A stretch of DNA of 62,761 nucleotides, the filler included, from Phoronis australis (Eukaryota; Animalia; Phoronida): NCBI GenBank assembly GCA_002633005.1. It is 4 parts of 4 records of this genome, joined end to end, with 100 filler letters (N's around TTAATTAATTAA, not from the genome) between each part and the next. Parts side by side here need not be neighbours in the genome. Positions count along the whole stretch, not along the records: positions 1 to 25,497 come from NMRA01000199.1; 3 more parts are not named here. The stretch is one strand, 5' to 3'. The translations under genes were made by a program, and so were the position numbers. The notes beneath the pieces are model-generated. The model was not told the origin of the DNA and did no database searches. It was given only the letters and a program-made list of their open reading frames with translations. Positions 1-14,429 of the stretch are shown here, one piece after another (within the stretch, counting starts at the first letter, position 1; the number at the start of each line of letters is the position of its first letter).

Positions 1-1454
1 TCGTTTTGCTCCGTCACAACCTGAAGTCCTCGTGATATTGTACGCATTCATTAAAGTTTCTCATTTCATCAGTTCACGAGTTTTCCATATTTCATAATTT
101 AGTTTCATTTGCAGACTTTTGTCATTAACTCGTTTTTTATTGGATCTTTAACTTTTGCATGTTTTGGGTAACTTATTTTTTGATTTAACTTCGTCACTCA
201 ATGGTTTCAATTAGTCATAGCATTTCATGGATTCGTCAGTTTCATACCATTTCACCATTAATTCGTCACACGTTACGAATTCGTTAACCAATGACACTAA
301 AAGAATTTTCATCAGCCCACCAGGCAAGACTAAACCCAGTTAGCAAGTCTGAATGTAATCCCCGTTGTGTTGTTTCTTCAGTTCAGTAGCAATGATGATA
401 ATCTCTACTCAAATAATACTCTCTGTTGAGAAAACCCAAAGAAAAAGATTCCCCTTTTCATGGGGGAAGACTTTACCCGTTGATTGACATTCTGTCGTGA
501 GAAACTAGAGAGGAAAACTTTACCCTTTTCACGGGGAGGACTTTATCCGGTTAACATGTCCCAATACTCCCCGTTATTTCCCCGGTTATTACTAATCCAG
601 GGACACCTGAGTGACATTCTCCTCATATAAGTGTGAAATGACGAGGTGTAGGGGTAAAAGGGGTCAGAGTACGTTTTTTTAGTATTACGTGTGTGAGTGT
701 TTCGCTGTTGTCATCATCACATTCATGTCTCAGCAAATAGCCCCACTCATCCTAAACATGCCCCCACACACACTCATATTACCTTGTCCATCAATACATG
801 TCAATCATAGGCGCTGATGCTGGAAGTCTGGTTGCTGATGGTAGATATAGACATCCCCCATCCCATCCTCCTCAGTCTTTGCTACAGTGAATGGCTGAAA
901 CTAGGGATTGGTATCCCTGAACACCTTGAGTTCTTTTTATACAACAACGGCATGTTACAACACAGCTCACGGTCTTGAAAGTCATTAAGAATTGCATCAG
1001 TATAGGTGCAGGTTACCAGATGGCAGCCCAGGTTACTTGAACGGTTGGCAGACGACACTACCACAGGAAATCATGCTGAAATAATAATCACCAGAGTTAC
1101 ACTACCCATCTGGCTCCTGTGCAAGTTAAGCCATGCATGGACGCCTAAACAGAATTTTTGAGAGAATCAGGGATTGACGTATACCCGAACAGACAATTTG
1201 CTTGCGTCAGTGACCTCATCATTTTTTCACACAACCATAGTGCGCAACTGTCAATGCATAAACAACGGCGTGCATATTTCTCGACGCATAGATGTTAAAC
1301 ATGTGAACAGTTTACGACGTATACAGCAGAAGTACTGAGACTGAATCAGCAGGAAGTCTAGACCACTGAGAGGTAATTCGGCCATCTTATTGGTGAATTC
1401 TCGATCAATCATCTGATCCCTTTGGTGTGTATTATGCAATCCCTTTATCNTTGG

Positions 1455-1630
1455 AGGGTTAAATGGAGCAATCTGATTGGTCTGTTGAATGAAGGGCTCT
1501 GATTGGTTGGTTGAATGGAGCAATCTGATTGGTCAATTGAATGAAGGCCTCTGATTGGTCGGTTGAATGGAGCAATCTGATTGGTTGGTTGAATCGAGGG
1601 CTCTGATTGGTCGGTTGAATCGTGGGCTCT
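1455..1630. repeat. Minisatellite of alternating ~20-21 bp units (ctgattggTYggttgaat core)
   Basis: About 8 successive copies of (gcaat/ggct)ctgattggtyggttgaatg are visible; the - strand reads as a CCAATCAG array. Confidence 0.9.
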
Positions 1631-4485
1631 GGTTTTATTGTTGATATCTTGGAGATACATCAATTGCTCAGATATTATTAAGTTTTTGCACTATTTCTTC
1701 AATCCCTGAAGCGTTCTACCATTCAAATCTCCGTGCATTCTTTGGGAAGTTTAAGAGAATTCTGATAACAATGGTGTACATAAGTCAAATCGCCCCTTTG
1801 TGATGCTCAAGCTATATGATACCTTAGGGTGCATTCAAAGTCGATTTCATGGGCTCATTCAATTTTCAGAATTTACACATGATCTCCATTAACCTTTGAC
1901 ATTGGTGATGTTTCTTGAAGGAGTTGCACATTGCTACTAACTCGTATTTCGTGGGTCCATTGGTTTTTTGCATTTTCTAGGTTCACTAATATTTAGCATT
2001 TTGCTTCCTCAAAAACGATAGTTAATTTTACAGATTCTGTCAACATGCTATGCCGGCATATTGATTGGGGTATTTTTAGGTGATTATTAATTCGGCAGAC
2101 ATCGTTCTACCATAAATTTGTTCTGCTCTACGAATTCTGAATTCCTTACTTTTCACAAACCAATAATTTCTCACCTTTTAATGGTTTGTCAATTCACCAC
2201 ATATCATGACTTCAATTATAACATTCTCCATTTCCACTTTCATCATTAAGTACATTCTTTTGGTGAATGTCTCGATCGATGCGATTGCAGATTCATTAAA
2301 TTCTGCGAGACAATTTATGTTTATAACTTACAGGTCATTTTTTCTCTGTACATATGTTGACACTTTACATAAGTCACTCAGTTATCGCATTTCACATGAC
2401 TCCATTAACTTGGCCCAATGTTATAGTTCAACTCATAATCCATTACCCCATTCAAAATTCACAACGTTTGGGAGACCTATGGTAACTGTAATATCACTGT
2501 GGCAAGCATTGGTCAAGTCCCTATTTTATTGCACCAGCCTGTTATACAATGGTGTCTGGCACAATTCAACAAAGAAGCACAAGTTGTTTTTCTCACACAT
2601 GCAACACACAATATTACTTGCCAGTGATAAGTATGAATTCCATAATTTGACAATTTGTTTAGAAAGGAGCACAAAATAATTACAGTAAACCCTAATTGCC
2701 TTAACAGATTACCACAGATGGTTAATCCGTCCAATTTCTGGACTTCACTTATGTTTAGTATTTTACAGGTCTTTTATTTTGATGTTCAATTAATGACATT
2801 TTACAGAGTCCGACTAATTCATTTGTACCTTTTCAATGGACTCCACTAATTCAATGCGCTCATTTGTTCAATTTGCGATGCATTACTCAATTCTGACTAC
2901 AATCTTTGGTGGAATTAAAATCACTCTGATAAGCAGAGGTGTACACAAATTGAGTCACCCATTTTGTTGTTCCATCATGTTATACAATGATGTTGGATAC
3001 AAGTTTCTTTCCTCACATATTGGAGACACAACGTTGTTTGTAATAACAATGAATTGCATAATTTTAGAATTTGTGAAAAAGGAACCACCACTAGATGCAG
3101 CACAAAATATTTGTAAACCCAACTAGATGGTAGCAGACCACTTCTCCCACCAGTAAATGAGCATTAAAAAAACGAAAAAATGCTGCGTTGCCCTTTGCCT
3201 CAGGATGGTGAATGAACTTCAGATTCAGCTAAAGCTGGGTTGGGAAGTTATTTTTATGAATACTGTAGTTGTAAAGAAAGCTATGGTTTTGATAGCCATG
3301 TTTCATCAACATGTTCCCTTGGGCTGAATTCAAAGTCAGCTAGCATAATTCAATTCATAGTCTCCTGCTCATTCACCACCCCTACCTTCCTTTTTCACTT
3401 GTTAAACAAATTGTCACATTTAACACACTTTCAATTTGTAGGTTTCCTTTCTTTGTAACATATTTCAGCTGTATTAAGTCAATACTTGTTCATTGCGATA
3501 ATTTTCAGTATTCAACTCAGTGCAAATGATGAGTGCAATCAGTTGTCCCTATTCCATCAACCTTTTGCATTGGCGGGACACGTTTGACCAGCAACTCTGT
3601 AGGAATTCACCCCGACATTAACTCATCTTGATACTTTATGGGCCATTTGGTTTTCGCATTTTATAGTTTCATTTATTTTTAGCATTATACTTCCCTGCAC
3701 TCAACACCTTTGTTGATGTTGCGTGTTCTATCATGCTACACTCTGGTTTTATTGTTGATTTGTGATATCTTGGAGATACATGAATTCCTCAGATATTATT
3801 GCCACACTTCACAAGACTCCATTAAGTTTATGCACTATTTCTTCAATCCATGAAGCGTTCTACCATTCAAATCTCCGTGCATTCTTTGGGAATGTTAAGA
3901 GAATTCTGATAACCAATGGTGTACATACGTCAAATCGACCCTTTGTGATGCTCAGACTACATGATACCTTGGGGTGCATTCAAAGTCGATTCCATGGGCT
4001 CACTCAATTTTCAGAATTTACACATGATCTCCATTAACCTTTGTGATGTTTCTTGAAGGAGTTGCACATTAATTGCTACTAACTCGTATTTCGTGGGTCC
4101 ATTGCTTTTTTGCTTTTTCTAGGTTCACTAATATTTAGCATTTTGCTTCCTCAAAAACGATAATTTTACAGTTTCTGTCAACATGCTATGCCGACATATT
4201 GATTGGGGTATTTTTAGGTGATTATTAATTCGGCAGACATCGTTGTACCATAAATTTGTTCTGCTCTACGAATCCTGAATCAAATCGCCCCTTTATGATG
4301 CTCAGACTACATGATACCTTGGGGTGCATTCAAAGTCGATTTCATGGGCTCATTCAATTTTCAGAATTTACACATGATCTCCATTAACCTCTGACATTTG
4401 CGATGTTTCTTGAAGGAGTTCCATGTTGCGACTGACTCGTATTTCGTGGGTCTATTGCTTTATTTGCACCTTCTAGGTTCATAAC
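1628..4485. repeat. Dispersed/tandem duplicated ~500 bp unit of unknown origin
   Basis: 1628-2140 matches 3741-4280 closely. A partial third copy lies at 4281-4485, with more diverged pieces near 2925-2975 and 3635-3695. Confidence 0.75.
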
Positions 4486-6546
4486 TTTTCTTCCACCGAG
4501 TTATTATTCTATATTCCAGATATAGCTGGTCATTCGTCTTGTGGCGGTTTTGTTTTTTTTGCACCCATACCTCTGTGTCTCCTAAGCCCTCTGAAGTTAA
4601 CAAGAGAAGATGACGACATTTAGATGGATCCGATGAACACTGTGCCCCCTAGTGGTAATTCGTTTTTTTTGTTTTCCTGTGTTTCTGTTAAGTTACTCGG
4701 GAATTTTAATTTAAGTTGGTAAATGGTTTTCTTTTAAAGAAACGATGATGTTCTTTGGTTTTCGGACAGATTTGACGAATTTTTTGCCATCTGCAATGCA
4801 TTCGTGGGTGCATTTCAATGCTCAACGTTAATTGCTCTTGTTTTGTTTGTTTACACGCTGATCTGCATAAAATTCTAAAAGGGATGGAAGCCTGTTTTTT
4901 ATGATGATTAGATTCTCAAGATGGTGGATGTGGCAGACATTTTGTTTCGAATTCGGCTATTATCGAGTGCTGTTTAACTGAAAACTGTTTTCAAAATGGC
5001 AGATCTGATGCATTTTCATTCATTTTCAATCGTGCTGGAGTGTCTTTTTGAGCGGAAAGACCAAATGACGTGAATTTTGCATTTGGATTCTCTAAGCTAT
5101 ACCCTTTCAAAGGAACTGTAACAATTTTNNNNNNNNNNNNNNNNNNNNNNNNNNNNNNNNNNNNNNNNNNNNNNNNNNNNNNNNNNNNNNNNNNNNNNNN
5201 NNNNNNNNNNNNNNNNNNNNNNNNNNNNNNNNNNNNNNNNNNNNNNNNNNNNNNNNNNNNNNNNNNNNNNNNNNNNNNNNNNNNNNNNNNNNNNNNNNNN
5301 NNNNNNNNNNNNNNNNNNNNNNNNNNNNNNNNNNNNNNNNNNNNNNNNNNNNNNNNNNNNNNNNNNNNNNNNNNNNNNNNNNNNNNNNNNNNNNNNNNNN
5401 NNNNNNNNNNNNNNNNNNNNNNNNNNNNNNNNNNNNNNNNNNNNNNNNNNNNNNNNNNNNNNNNNNNNNNNNNNNNNNNNNNNNNNNNNNNNNNNNNNNN
5501 NNNNNNNNNNNNNNNNNNNNNNNNNNNNNNNNNNNNNNNNNNNNNNNNNNNNNNNNNNNNNNNNNNNNNNNNNNNNNNNNNNNNNNNNNNNNNNNNNNNN
5601 NNNNNNNNNNNNNNNNNNNNNNNNNNNNNNNNNNNNNNNNNNNNNNNNNNNNNNNNNNNNNNNNNNNNNNNNNNNNNNNNNNNNNNNNNNNNNNNNNNNN
5701 NNNNNNNNNNNNNNNNNNNNNNNNNNNNNNNNNNNNNNNNNNNNNNNNNNNNNNNNNNNNNNNNNNNNNNNNNNNNNNNNNNNNNNNNNNNNNNNNNNNN
5801 NNNNNNNNNNNNNNNNNNNNNNNNNNNNNNNNNNNNNNNNNNNNNNNNNNNNNNNNNNNNNNNNNNNNNNNNNNNNNNNNNNNNNNNNNNNNNNNNNNNN
5901 NNNNNNNNNNNNNNNNNNNNNNNNNNNNNNNNNNNNNNNNNNNNNNNNNNNNNNNNNNNNNNNNNNNNNNNNNNNNNNNNNNNNNNNNNNNNNNNNNNNN
6001 NNNNNNNNNNNNNNNNNNNNNNNNNNNNNNNNNNNNNNNNNNNNNNNNNNNNNNNNNNNNNNNNNNNNNNNNNNNNNNNNNNNNNNNNNNATAACGTCAG
6101 AAAGACCAAACCTTGTCGGGAGTACAGACTACGGACCGCCTGTATTAGTAGTATTACAGTTTGCAACCTGGGCAGTTCATGAGCTTGACATCGCGATAGC
6201 CAAAAAGGACACTCCGACAGGCTACGAAAAATGCACATCGAATAGTACAACCACAACTTGCCGATTCAAATTTCTCGAACATATCTCTATGTGCACCCAA
6301 TTGTTTGTAACAGAACACAAACCATATCATTCCACATTTACACTTCCACAACTGCCATACTGAGTCATGCCGGTTTGTTTACGTATAAAGCGCTACCTGT
6401 TGACAATTCGACCAGCCAATCAGAACCGCTGGTGAAAAATGTATTTGAAAATGACTTGCGTGTCTTCTTCCCCCTAGCGGGCATGCAGAGAACATGCAAG
6501 TTTGAGGTAGCGTAACTGAGCTCTCTATATTTGTACGAAAGTTTAA

Positions 6547-6808
6547 CAGGGGCGGATCTAGGGTTTTGAGTTAGGGGGGCCAGTTCACAGGAGTAAGCAG
6601 AATTTCGGCAGACGCGGCACCCAGCCTAAACTGCAGGGATGCAGGGGTCTCGAAACTTTGGGTTTGCGGACCGTTTGACTAAGAAAAAACGGTAAACGGG
6701 CTTTGTTCAGGGCCTATGCCCTATGCTTGTTTATGAGCCCCGTGGATGCGCATATATGCTAGTCAGCAATTCGCACCCGAACTGCCAAATGGTATCTGAT
6801 AGCCACTG
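6547..6808. mobile_element. hAT-like MITE (CAGGGGCGGATC...CCACTG), internally deleted
   Basis: Starts caggggcggatctagg and ends gccactg; flanks are tttaa/attaa (4/5 match). Internally homologous to the element at 13916. Confidence 0.65.
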
Positions 6809-8759
6809 ATTAACCAGGTACAAATAAAACGATAGCCCGGCTTTTGGGAAGAATTCTAGTACACTGAACAGAAAATCAGTAATGAAATTAAGTGTGGTGA
6901 TCTCTGCGCCCAGCTTTCTTTATTATGAAAATCGTATTTTTTAAGTCGAAGTTCAATTTCGCCATCTTTATAGTGGCGTTCCCGGAAGATATCGTTACAT
7001 GCGAGCACCCAGCCTTTAATACGGGGGGCTCGAATTTCCGACGATGTGGACCTTTTACCTACAGAAAATCCGAAGGGCTAAAAAAACGGGGTACCACGTC
7101 CAGGGCTGTGAATTGTGCGTTTGCGCTTTTTTAGTGGACTTTTTGTCTCGTTTTCTTCGACATTTTGTTTCTCTGGGGCGGACCTTTTTGTCCACTTCAT
7201 GCTCAGTGATTACTATGAGTGTGCTATTTACCAGCAGTTTGTGCTCTTTACTAGGCGAATTAATGTGAGCTTTGCAAACGATACGAAATATGTCATGGAA
7301 TGAACTGATATAATGCGAAAAAGGGAAACATGAGGCAGAGAAAACTATAAAAACAATAATTGGTTCCAAAGAACGGCATTTGGAGATGTTCAGGGTTGCT
7401 GATCAGGTTTCAGTGAAAGTAAACGGTGTCCACGGCATGATCATGGAGATTTTACCGCCGGACATCATCATTCCTATTACTCAAATGGTAGACGATGGTG
7501 AATATGCCTAGATTATAACTAAAATGATAAATTGTGTCGTGAAATGTTATTTTTGTCCGCCGTTCACGATTTTGTCCTGGATGGCTTTTTTCGCCGCATC
7601 ATAAAATCAATACTGTAAATGTTATGTGTGACTTTGCTCTACAATAAAGTTGAGCAGGACGTCCTTTTTTGCATTTTGCCTAATCTTTCATATATTTTGG
7701 ACTTGAGAGCACTAAATTTTTATTTTCAGCACGAACGGGGTTCAACAATCGTCATATCTCATTTACATTTGAGTCATACAGGACTATTTAAACCTGCAGA
7801 ATGCGATATCTCCAGCAAAAACAATTCTAGACATGGTTGTTTCTATACGATCGGCAAAAAACGAACACTTGAAAACCATTGTGTTGGTTAAGTTAACGGT
7901 TTGCTTGTGATAAAACCCTTTGTCGGGCGATCTGGTCTGACCTAAATCATTCGCAGTATCAAAAAATGTAACCTGCTGCCATTTTTCAGGAACTCGAGTA
8001 AATATTTTGAAAGAGAACTACCGTTTCAACTACACAGCTATAACTAACAACAATGCATCTTAAAGCTATACCCCAATGTTTAGCTGTCATTGATGAATTG
8101 CGAAGCGTTCGGGATTTAAAATATCACAGGCTCATCCGATCTTGAATTGTTGCCGAACAAGTTGGTAAGAAAAACCACAATTAAAGAGAAGGGCAAATTT
8201 ACCACGAACACATACAAAGTCCATATGCAACCACACATTTCAAAACTGTCACTTGTTGCTCAGCTTTTTCCATCATTGCCCAACTTTTTCTCATCTAAAT
8301 GGACAATTGTTGAGGGTCATACCCCAAAAAACCTGTTCCAAGAAGCTGCCACCTGACAAGCTTAAGGGCAGCATCGTGTTTTTTCTAGTCGTCAATCATC
8401 CAAGTTTGCCTGACAACCGTTTTCATAAAAAATAACGTCCACTTAACACACGTTATACAAGCATATAGCACTTACTAGGTAATGGATCCACAGAAGGTGT
8501 AATACCATGCACGGCGGCTCACTTGTTGAGGCACTCCACACAATATATAGATCTCGTATTAGTAATAAGGTTTCGTATATAACAGTAGCGATCGCACGTC
8601 TCTCTTGACCCAGTTGCACTGATTTTCTGGTTTGAATAGCAATATTCAGTTGAATCTCATTGGCGGGAAATACAAAAGTCACGTGACAAGAGACTCAGCG
8701 ACTCNAAAAACCAAGAAAGATCAATTAACTACAAGTCCACAACTACCATACTCGTGATT

Positions 8760-9600
8760 GTTTTTTTTTTTAATTTTTTAATATCCCAGTTCAACATAAG
8801 CAATTACACCCAGCTAAAAGTATATGTGAACTGGATTTTAGAAATACATGTAAAAAAGATACAAGACAGTGTGCACTAGTGTATGCGTATGAAAAAGGGA
8901 GAGAGTATTATGGAGTGATGAAATATCCTTATACATTGCTATTAGATTATGCATTTGTGACCATCTATTTGTAAACTTTTGTATTTCTAAACTTTTTGAA
9001 TAAATGTATATTTCACAGGAGTAATATAGTTCGATTTCTTTTGTCAATATAATTAAATTTGGAGTTGCCATTGAGACGTTGCTCATATAAATGGAACTTT
9101 CAAAGACACAAGATTAAATTTTGAATTGATTGGCTTCTACATCTGTTTCCAAAGCAAACTGTAAGTACACCTGTACCCAGTGAAATATTGGGATTTTTTT
9201 CTAACCTAATCTTCAACATTGTTCCAAAAATTTTGAACACTCACATTGTCTATGAAGCAAAGTCTCGGGTTCCCTCTTACAAAATGTACAGAAGAGGAAG
9301 TTACTAATCCCAATTTTAATAAGATAAGACCTACAGCGGATTGTCCTATGTGGCAGTCTAAAGTGAAACCATCGAAGTTTTACATCAAGTGTAAAGTTCA
9401 CAAAGTAGGCATTTTTCCACCATGATAGTGTCTGGTATAGCAATTAAGTTCTGCCTGCCAGCTAATCTCAGACCCAGGCAAAGAATATGTTTGTGTAGCA
9501 CAAAAGTGATTGGTTAGCTTTGAAACAAACAAGGAAGATGTTCGACTGTGAACAATTTTAGCCATGTCAACATCTTTGCGAACCAAGTTTTGTCTCTACA
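8760..9600 (-). mobile_element. 3' remnant of an L1/Tx1-type LINE with poly(A) tail
   Basis: The - strand gives KLRWFHFRL.HR and the zf-RVT-like FCTFCKREPETLLH..CEC. The T-rich run at 8759-8779 corresponds to the poly(A) tail. Frameshifted. Confidence 0.7.
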
Positions 9601-12600
9601 GTATCAAAATAACGTCAGAAAGACCAAACCTTGTCGGGAGTACAGACTACGGACCGCCTGTATTAGTAGTATTACAGTTTGCAACCTGGGCAGTTCATGA
9701 GCTTGACATCGCGATAGCCAAAAAGGACACTCCGACAGGCTACGAAAAATGCACATCGAATAGTACAACCACAACTTGCCGATTCAAATTTCTCGAACAT
9801 ATCTCTATGTGCACCCAATTGTTTGTAACAGATCACAAACCATATCATTCCACATTTACACTTCCACAACTGCCATACTGAGTCATGCCGGTTTGTTTAC
9901 GTATAAAGCGCTACCTGTTGACAATTCGACCAGCCAATCAGAACCGCTGGTGAAAAATGTATTTGAAAATGACTTGCGTGTCTTCTTCCCCCTAGCGGGC
10001 ATGCAGAGAACGTGCAAGTTTGAGGTAGCGTAACTGAGCTCTCTATATTTGTACGAAAGTTTAACAGGGGCGGATCTAGGGTTTTGAGTTAGGGGGGCCA
10101 GTTCACAGGAGTAAGCAGAATTTCGGCAGACGCGGCACCCAGCCTAAACTGTAGGGATGCAGGGGTCTCGAATCTTTGGGTTTGCGGACCGTTTGACTAA
10201 GAAAAAACGGTAAACGGGCTTTGTTCAGGGCCTATGCCCTATGCTTGTTTATGAGCCCCGTGGATGCGCATATATGCTAGTCAGCAATTCGCACCCGAAC
10301 TGTCAAATGGTATCTGATAGTGGCCCCCTTGTGCGTTTGCGCTTTTTTAGTGGACTTTTTGTCTCGTTTTCTTCGACATTTTGTTTCTCTGGGGCGGACA
10401 TTTTTGTCCACTTCATGCCCAGTGATTACTATGAGTGTGCTATTTACCAGCAGTTTGTGCTCTTTACTAGGCGAATTAATGTGAGCTTTGCAAACGATAC
10501 GAAATATGTCATGGAATGAACTGATATAATGCGAAAAAGGGAAACATGAGGCAGAGAAAACTATGAAAACAATAATTGGTTCCAAAAAACGGCATTTGGA
10601 GATGTTCAGGGTTGCTGATCAGGTTTCAGTGAAAGTAAACGGTGTCCACGGCATGATCATGGAGATTTTACCGCCGGACATCACCATTCCTGTTACTCCA
10701 AATGGTAGACGATGGTGAATATGCCTAGATTATAACTGAAAATGATAAATTGTGTCGTGAAATGTTATTTTTGTCCGCCGTTCACGATTTTGTCCTGGAT
10801 GGCTTTTTTCGCCGCATCATAAAATCAATACTGTAAATGTTATGTGTGACTTTGCTCTACAATAAAGTTGAGCAGGACGTCCTTTTTTGCATTTTGCCTA
10901 ATCTTTCATATATTTTGGACTTGAGAGCACTAAATTTTTATTTTCAGCACGAACGGGGTTCAACAATCGTCATATCTCATTTACATTTGAGTCATACAGG
11001 ACTATTTAAACCTGCAGAATGCGATATCTCCAGCAAAAACAATTCTAGACATGGTTGTTTCCATTACGGGCGGCAAAAAAACGAACACTTGAAAACCGTT
11101 GTGTTGGTTAAAGGTTTGCTTGTGATAAAACCTTTTGTCGGGCGATCTGGTCTGACCTAAATCATTCGCAGTATCAAAAAAATGTAACCCGCTGCCATTT
11201 TTCAGGAACTCGAGTAAATATTTTGAAAGAGAACTACCGTTTCAACTACACAGCTATAACTAACAACAATGCTATACCCCAATGTTTAGTTGTCATTGAT
11301 GAATTGCGAAGCGTTCGGGATTTAAAACATCACAGGCTCATCCGATCTTGAATTGTTGCCGAACAAGTTGGTGAGAAAAACCACAATTAAAGAGAAAGGC
11401 AAATTTACCACGAACACTTGCAAAGTCCATATGCAACCACACATTTCAAAACTGTCACTTGATTGAACTGTTTGCTCACCTTTTTCCATCATTGCCCATT
11501 TTTTTTTCTCATCTAAATGGACAATTGTTGAGTGTCATACCCCAAACACCCTGTTTCCAAGAAGCTGCCACCTGACAAGCTTAAGGGCAGCATCGTGTTT
11601 TTTTCTAGTTGTCAATCATCCAAGTTTGCCTGACAACCGTTTTCATAAAAAATAACGTCCACTTAACACATGTTATACAAGAATATAGTACTCACTGGGT
11701 GATGGATCCACAGAAGGTGTAATACCATGCACGGCGGCTCACTTCTTGAGGCACTCCACACAATATATAGATCTCGTATTAGTAATATGGGTTCGTAGTG
11801 TATATAACAGTAGCGATCGCACGTCTCTCTTGACTCAGTTGCACTGGTTTTCTGGTTTGAATAGCAATATTCAGTTGAATCTCATTGGCGGGAAATACAA
11901 AAGTCACGTGACAAGAGACTTAGCGACTCACTCCCCATTGTTCCATTAGATCCAAACAATGGACAGTGCTGTCAAACACAGTTAGCTCAAAGCTACCTGT
12001 TGTGAAGTCCCCTAAGCACAAACATGCGTACCACATGAACACGTCCTTTTTGATGGAGTTGCCGATGTGCAGCTGAACCATCACTAAAGGCCTCGGGAGG
12101 AGGGAGGGGTGGNGGGGAAACGTTGTCAAGGAAAAAAAGGTGGACAAAGAAGTTCATTCAAATCGTGAAATATTTCAGATGTGACTGAGAGTTTCGAAAA
12201 AAGTGTTCAGTTCATGAGCACTCACCGTCGGTGATAAATTTGCCCTGCGCTTTAACTATATGGATTTTCTTGGCGTTGTTAACTGCCATGATTACACGAG
12301 GTCGGGTCTTGAAAAGATGTATGTTCATACATCTTGGTGATATATGTTGAAATTATTTCAAATTATACAGGCCAGTATTTTTTAAGTTGTAACATCATCA
12401 ATATTTTGGCCCAAAATAGCTCCGCTTTGGTTGAAATATGTTCAGCAAGTACTGTAGTTTTAAAAACGGTTCAAATGAAAGGTAGAGAAAAATGTTTGAT
12501 AATATTTTGTAAAAGCTGAGCCTCTCTATCAGTCTGCATTTTCAAACGGATTTCCGTTAACCTTAACTGTAGCGCCAAAATGCGCTAAATTATGCCTATT

Positions 12601-13915
12601 TTGGGTTTAGCCATTGTCAAGGTGCTTTGGGGGACAATTTGCGGTATGCTGGTGATATTATTTCCTTATCAGTTTTCTGTGTGAATAAGAAAATGAAAAA
12701 TAAAAAATGGGCTTTTTGTTTCCACGCAACAGGCAATACGACATGCCATCTCGTATTTTACAATCCTTGACTACGGGCAGTCGGCAGTTGTACATGTAAG
12801 TCGTGAATCCCATCAAGGGGCTTTATTAATTTTTCTATGGTTACGACAGTGGCAGACCTCACGTAAATTTTTTGATGATCTGATTACTGCTGGCCCCTAT
12901 GGCTGTGCTTTCTATAAATTTCTGTCGTGAAGTTTCATAAATTTGGTTAAATAGTTTCTATCCAGGAAACAGTGCACATGCTGGGGTTTAAAGATGATCC
13001 ACTTATGCCAAATGGCTCTGGGATTGTGCGGATGAACTAAGGAGTAGATCAGTGAAGAGATTTTTGTAACCCCGATTTCGAACTACTTGCGCAAAGCTAT
13101 GGAATGCCAACATTCCAATGCAGAACTTTTGAAGCAGACTAGATGCTATGTTTATCGGCTGTTAAGGTTATCTGGGACCCCAAACGACCTCAACTCTTAG
13201 CCAAATTTCGAAAAAAACGTGTGTTGTCAATCATTAAAAGAATATATTTTCTGAAAGGATTTTGCTTCAAAATGCCTAGTTTTCACGTACCGAGCGATAG
13301 ACAAATAAGGTCGATGTTTTTTATAAAACGTCTTGTTTTTGCGACTTAATTTGGCATAAACCCAGAAATAAGTGAATAGTAAACATTCCTAACAGCGTCA
13401 GTAAACTAAAATTTTCATTGAAAAAGTTCTACTAAAATCCGTTGGAGAGTTATTTTGTTATGAATATATCTTCCTTGCACATGAAATTTTGACTTAAAAA
13501 CGTGAAAATGTAAAATGTGTGCGCATATTGCTTCTATGTTATGCTTTACAATGTGGACCAGTGGCCTTGTAACATGAAATAAATTGATTTTGTTGTGAAT
13601 TTTTAAATTGGAAAACAAAACGTGTTGCTTATTATTATCATAAGCAATTCTCGAAGTCAACCTCGCAGATTTGTGATGAGCAACCGGGGAACATAAGACT
13701 GGGGATCTCATGGGATTTTGGGGTTCAAGAAAATTTCCGAGCTTTATTCGTATTAACGTGTATATTTGGTTAATATTTGAGAGGTAGTAGCTAAACTTGA
13801 AACTCCAAAAATCACTAAATTTTTTGTTTATGTTTGTCAGTGCATTGAGTACCTATCCATTAGACGTCAGTGTAGTCTGTACACGGTCATAAAAACTCTC
13901 AGTCCCAACTGTCTG

Positions 13916-14232
13916 CAGGGGCGGATCCAGGATTTTGACTTGGGGGGCCAGGGCACAGGAATAACCAGAATTTCGGCAGATGCACGCGCCCAGCCTCTAC
14001 CTGTTGACTAAAAAAACAATGGTGAACGGGTTTCTTCAGGGCCTACGCATCGTTTATTCACCCCCTGGTTGCGCGCATGTGCTAGTCAGCAATTCACACG
14101 CAAACTCCCAAATGGTATCTGGTGGAATTTTAGGGGGGGGGGGGGNNNNNNNNNNNNNNNNNNNNNNNNNNNNGGGGGGGGGGGGGGACATGGCTCCCTT
14201 AGCTCCCTCCCCCCCAAAAAAATCCGCCACTG
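13916..14232. mobile_element. hAT-like MITE with 5-bp TSD (GTCTG)
   Basis: Termini caggggcggatcc / aatccgccactg; gtctg lies directly on both sides. Confidence 0.8.
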
Positions 14233-14429
14233 GTCTGTTCGACATTTTCGAGCTCCTCACCAACAGCTAGTACGATATTCAAAAGAAATAACATTTTATG
14301 ATACTGCAGAAAAATGTAACAACATTCTAATGTTAGGAAACCATTGTATTTGTTTTGGACTTAGTTAAATGTTTCATCATTGTGATTGTGAAGTCATTCG
14401 ACATAATTTCGACAGTTTGCCTTCTTTTA

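Larger units (their letters stand above)
6091..11929. repeat. Near-identical direct duplication (6091-8704 vs 9609-11929), probably an uncollapsed haplotype
   Basis: The same sequence and ORF translations recur (MPIQISRT..., MLCVTLLY...). The first copy abuts an N-gap and ends at a single N. The copies differ by SNPs and an ~300 bp indel near 6803-7113. Confidence 0.85.

Noticed and set aside
4991-6256. Long ORFs spanning N-gaps (also 35481-36032 and 43993-44778)
   Set aside because: They are made almost entirely of X residues from gaps.
7320-7510. Possible integrase C-terminal fragment (EMFRVADQVSVKV)
   Set aside because: Too short and weak to support without a search.
6091-11929. Recent tandem segmental duplications (also 35987-37159 and 53486-55153)
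   Set aside because: Each abuts an N-gap and differs only by allele-level changes, so uncollapsed haplotypes are more likely; read depth would settle it.
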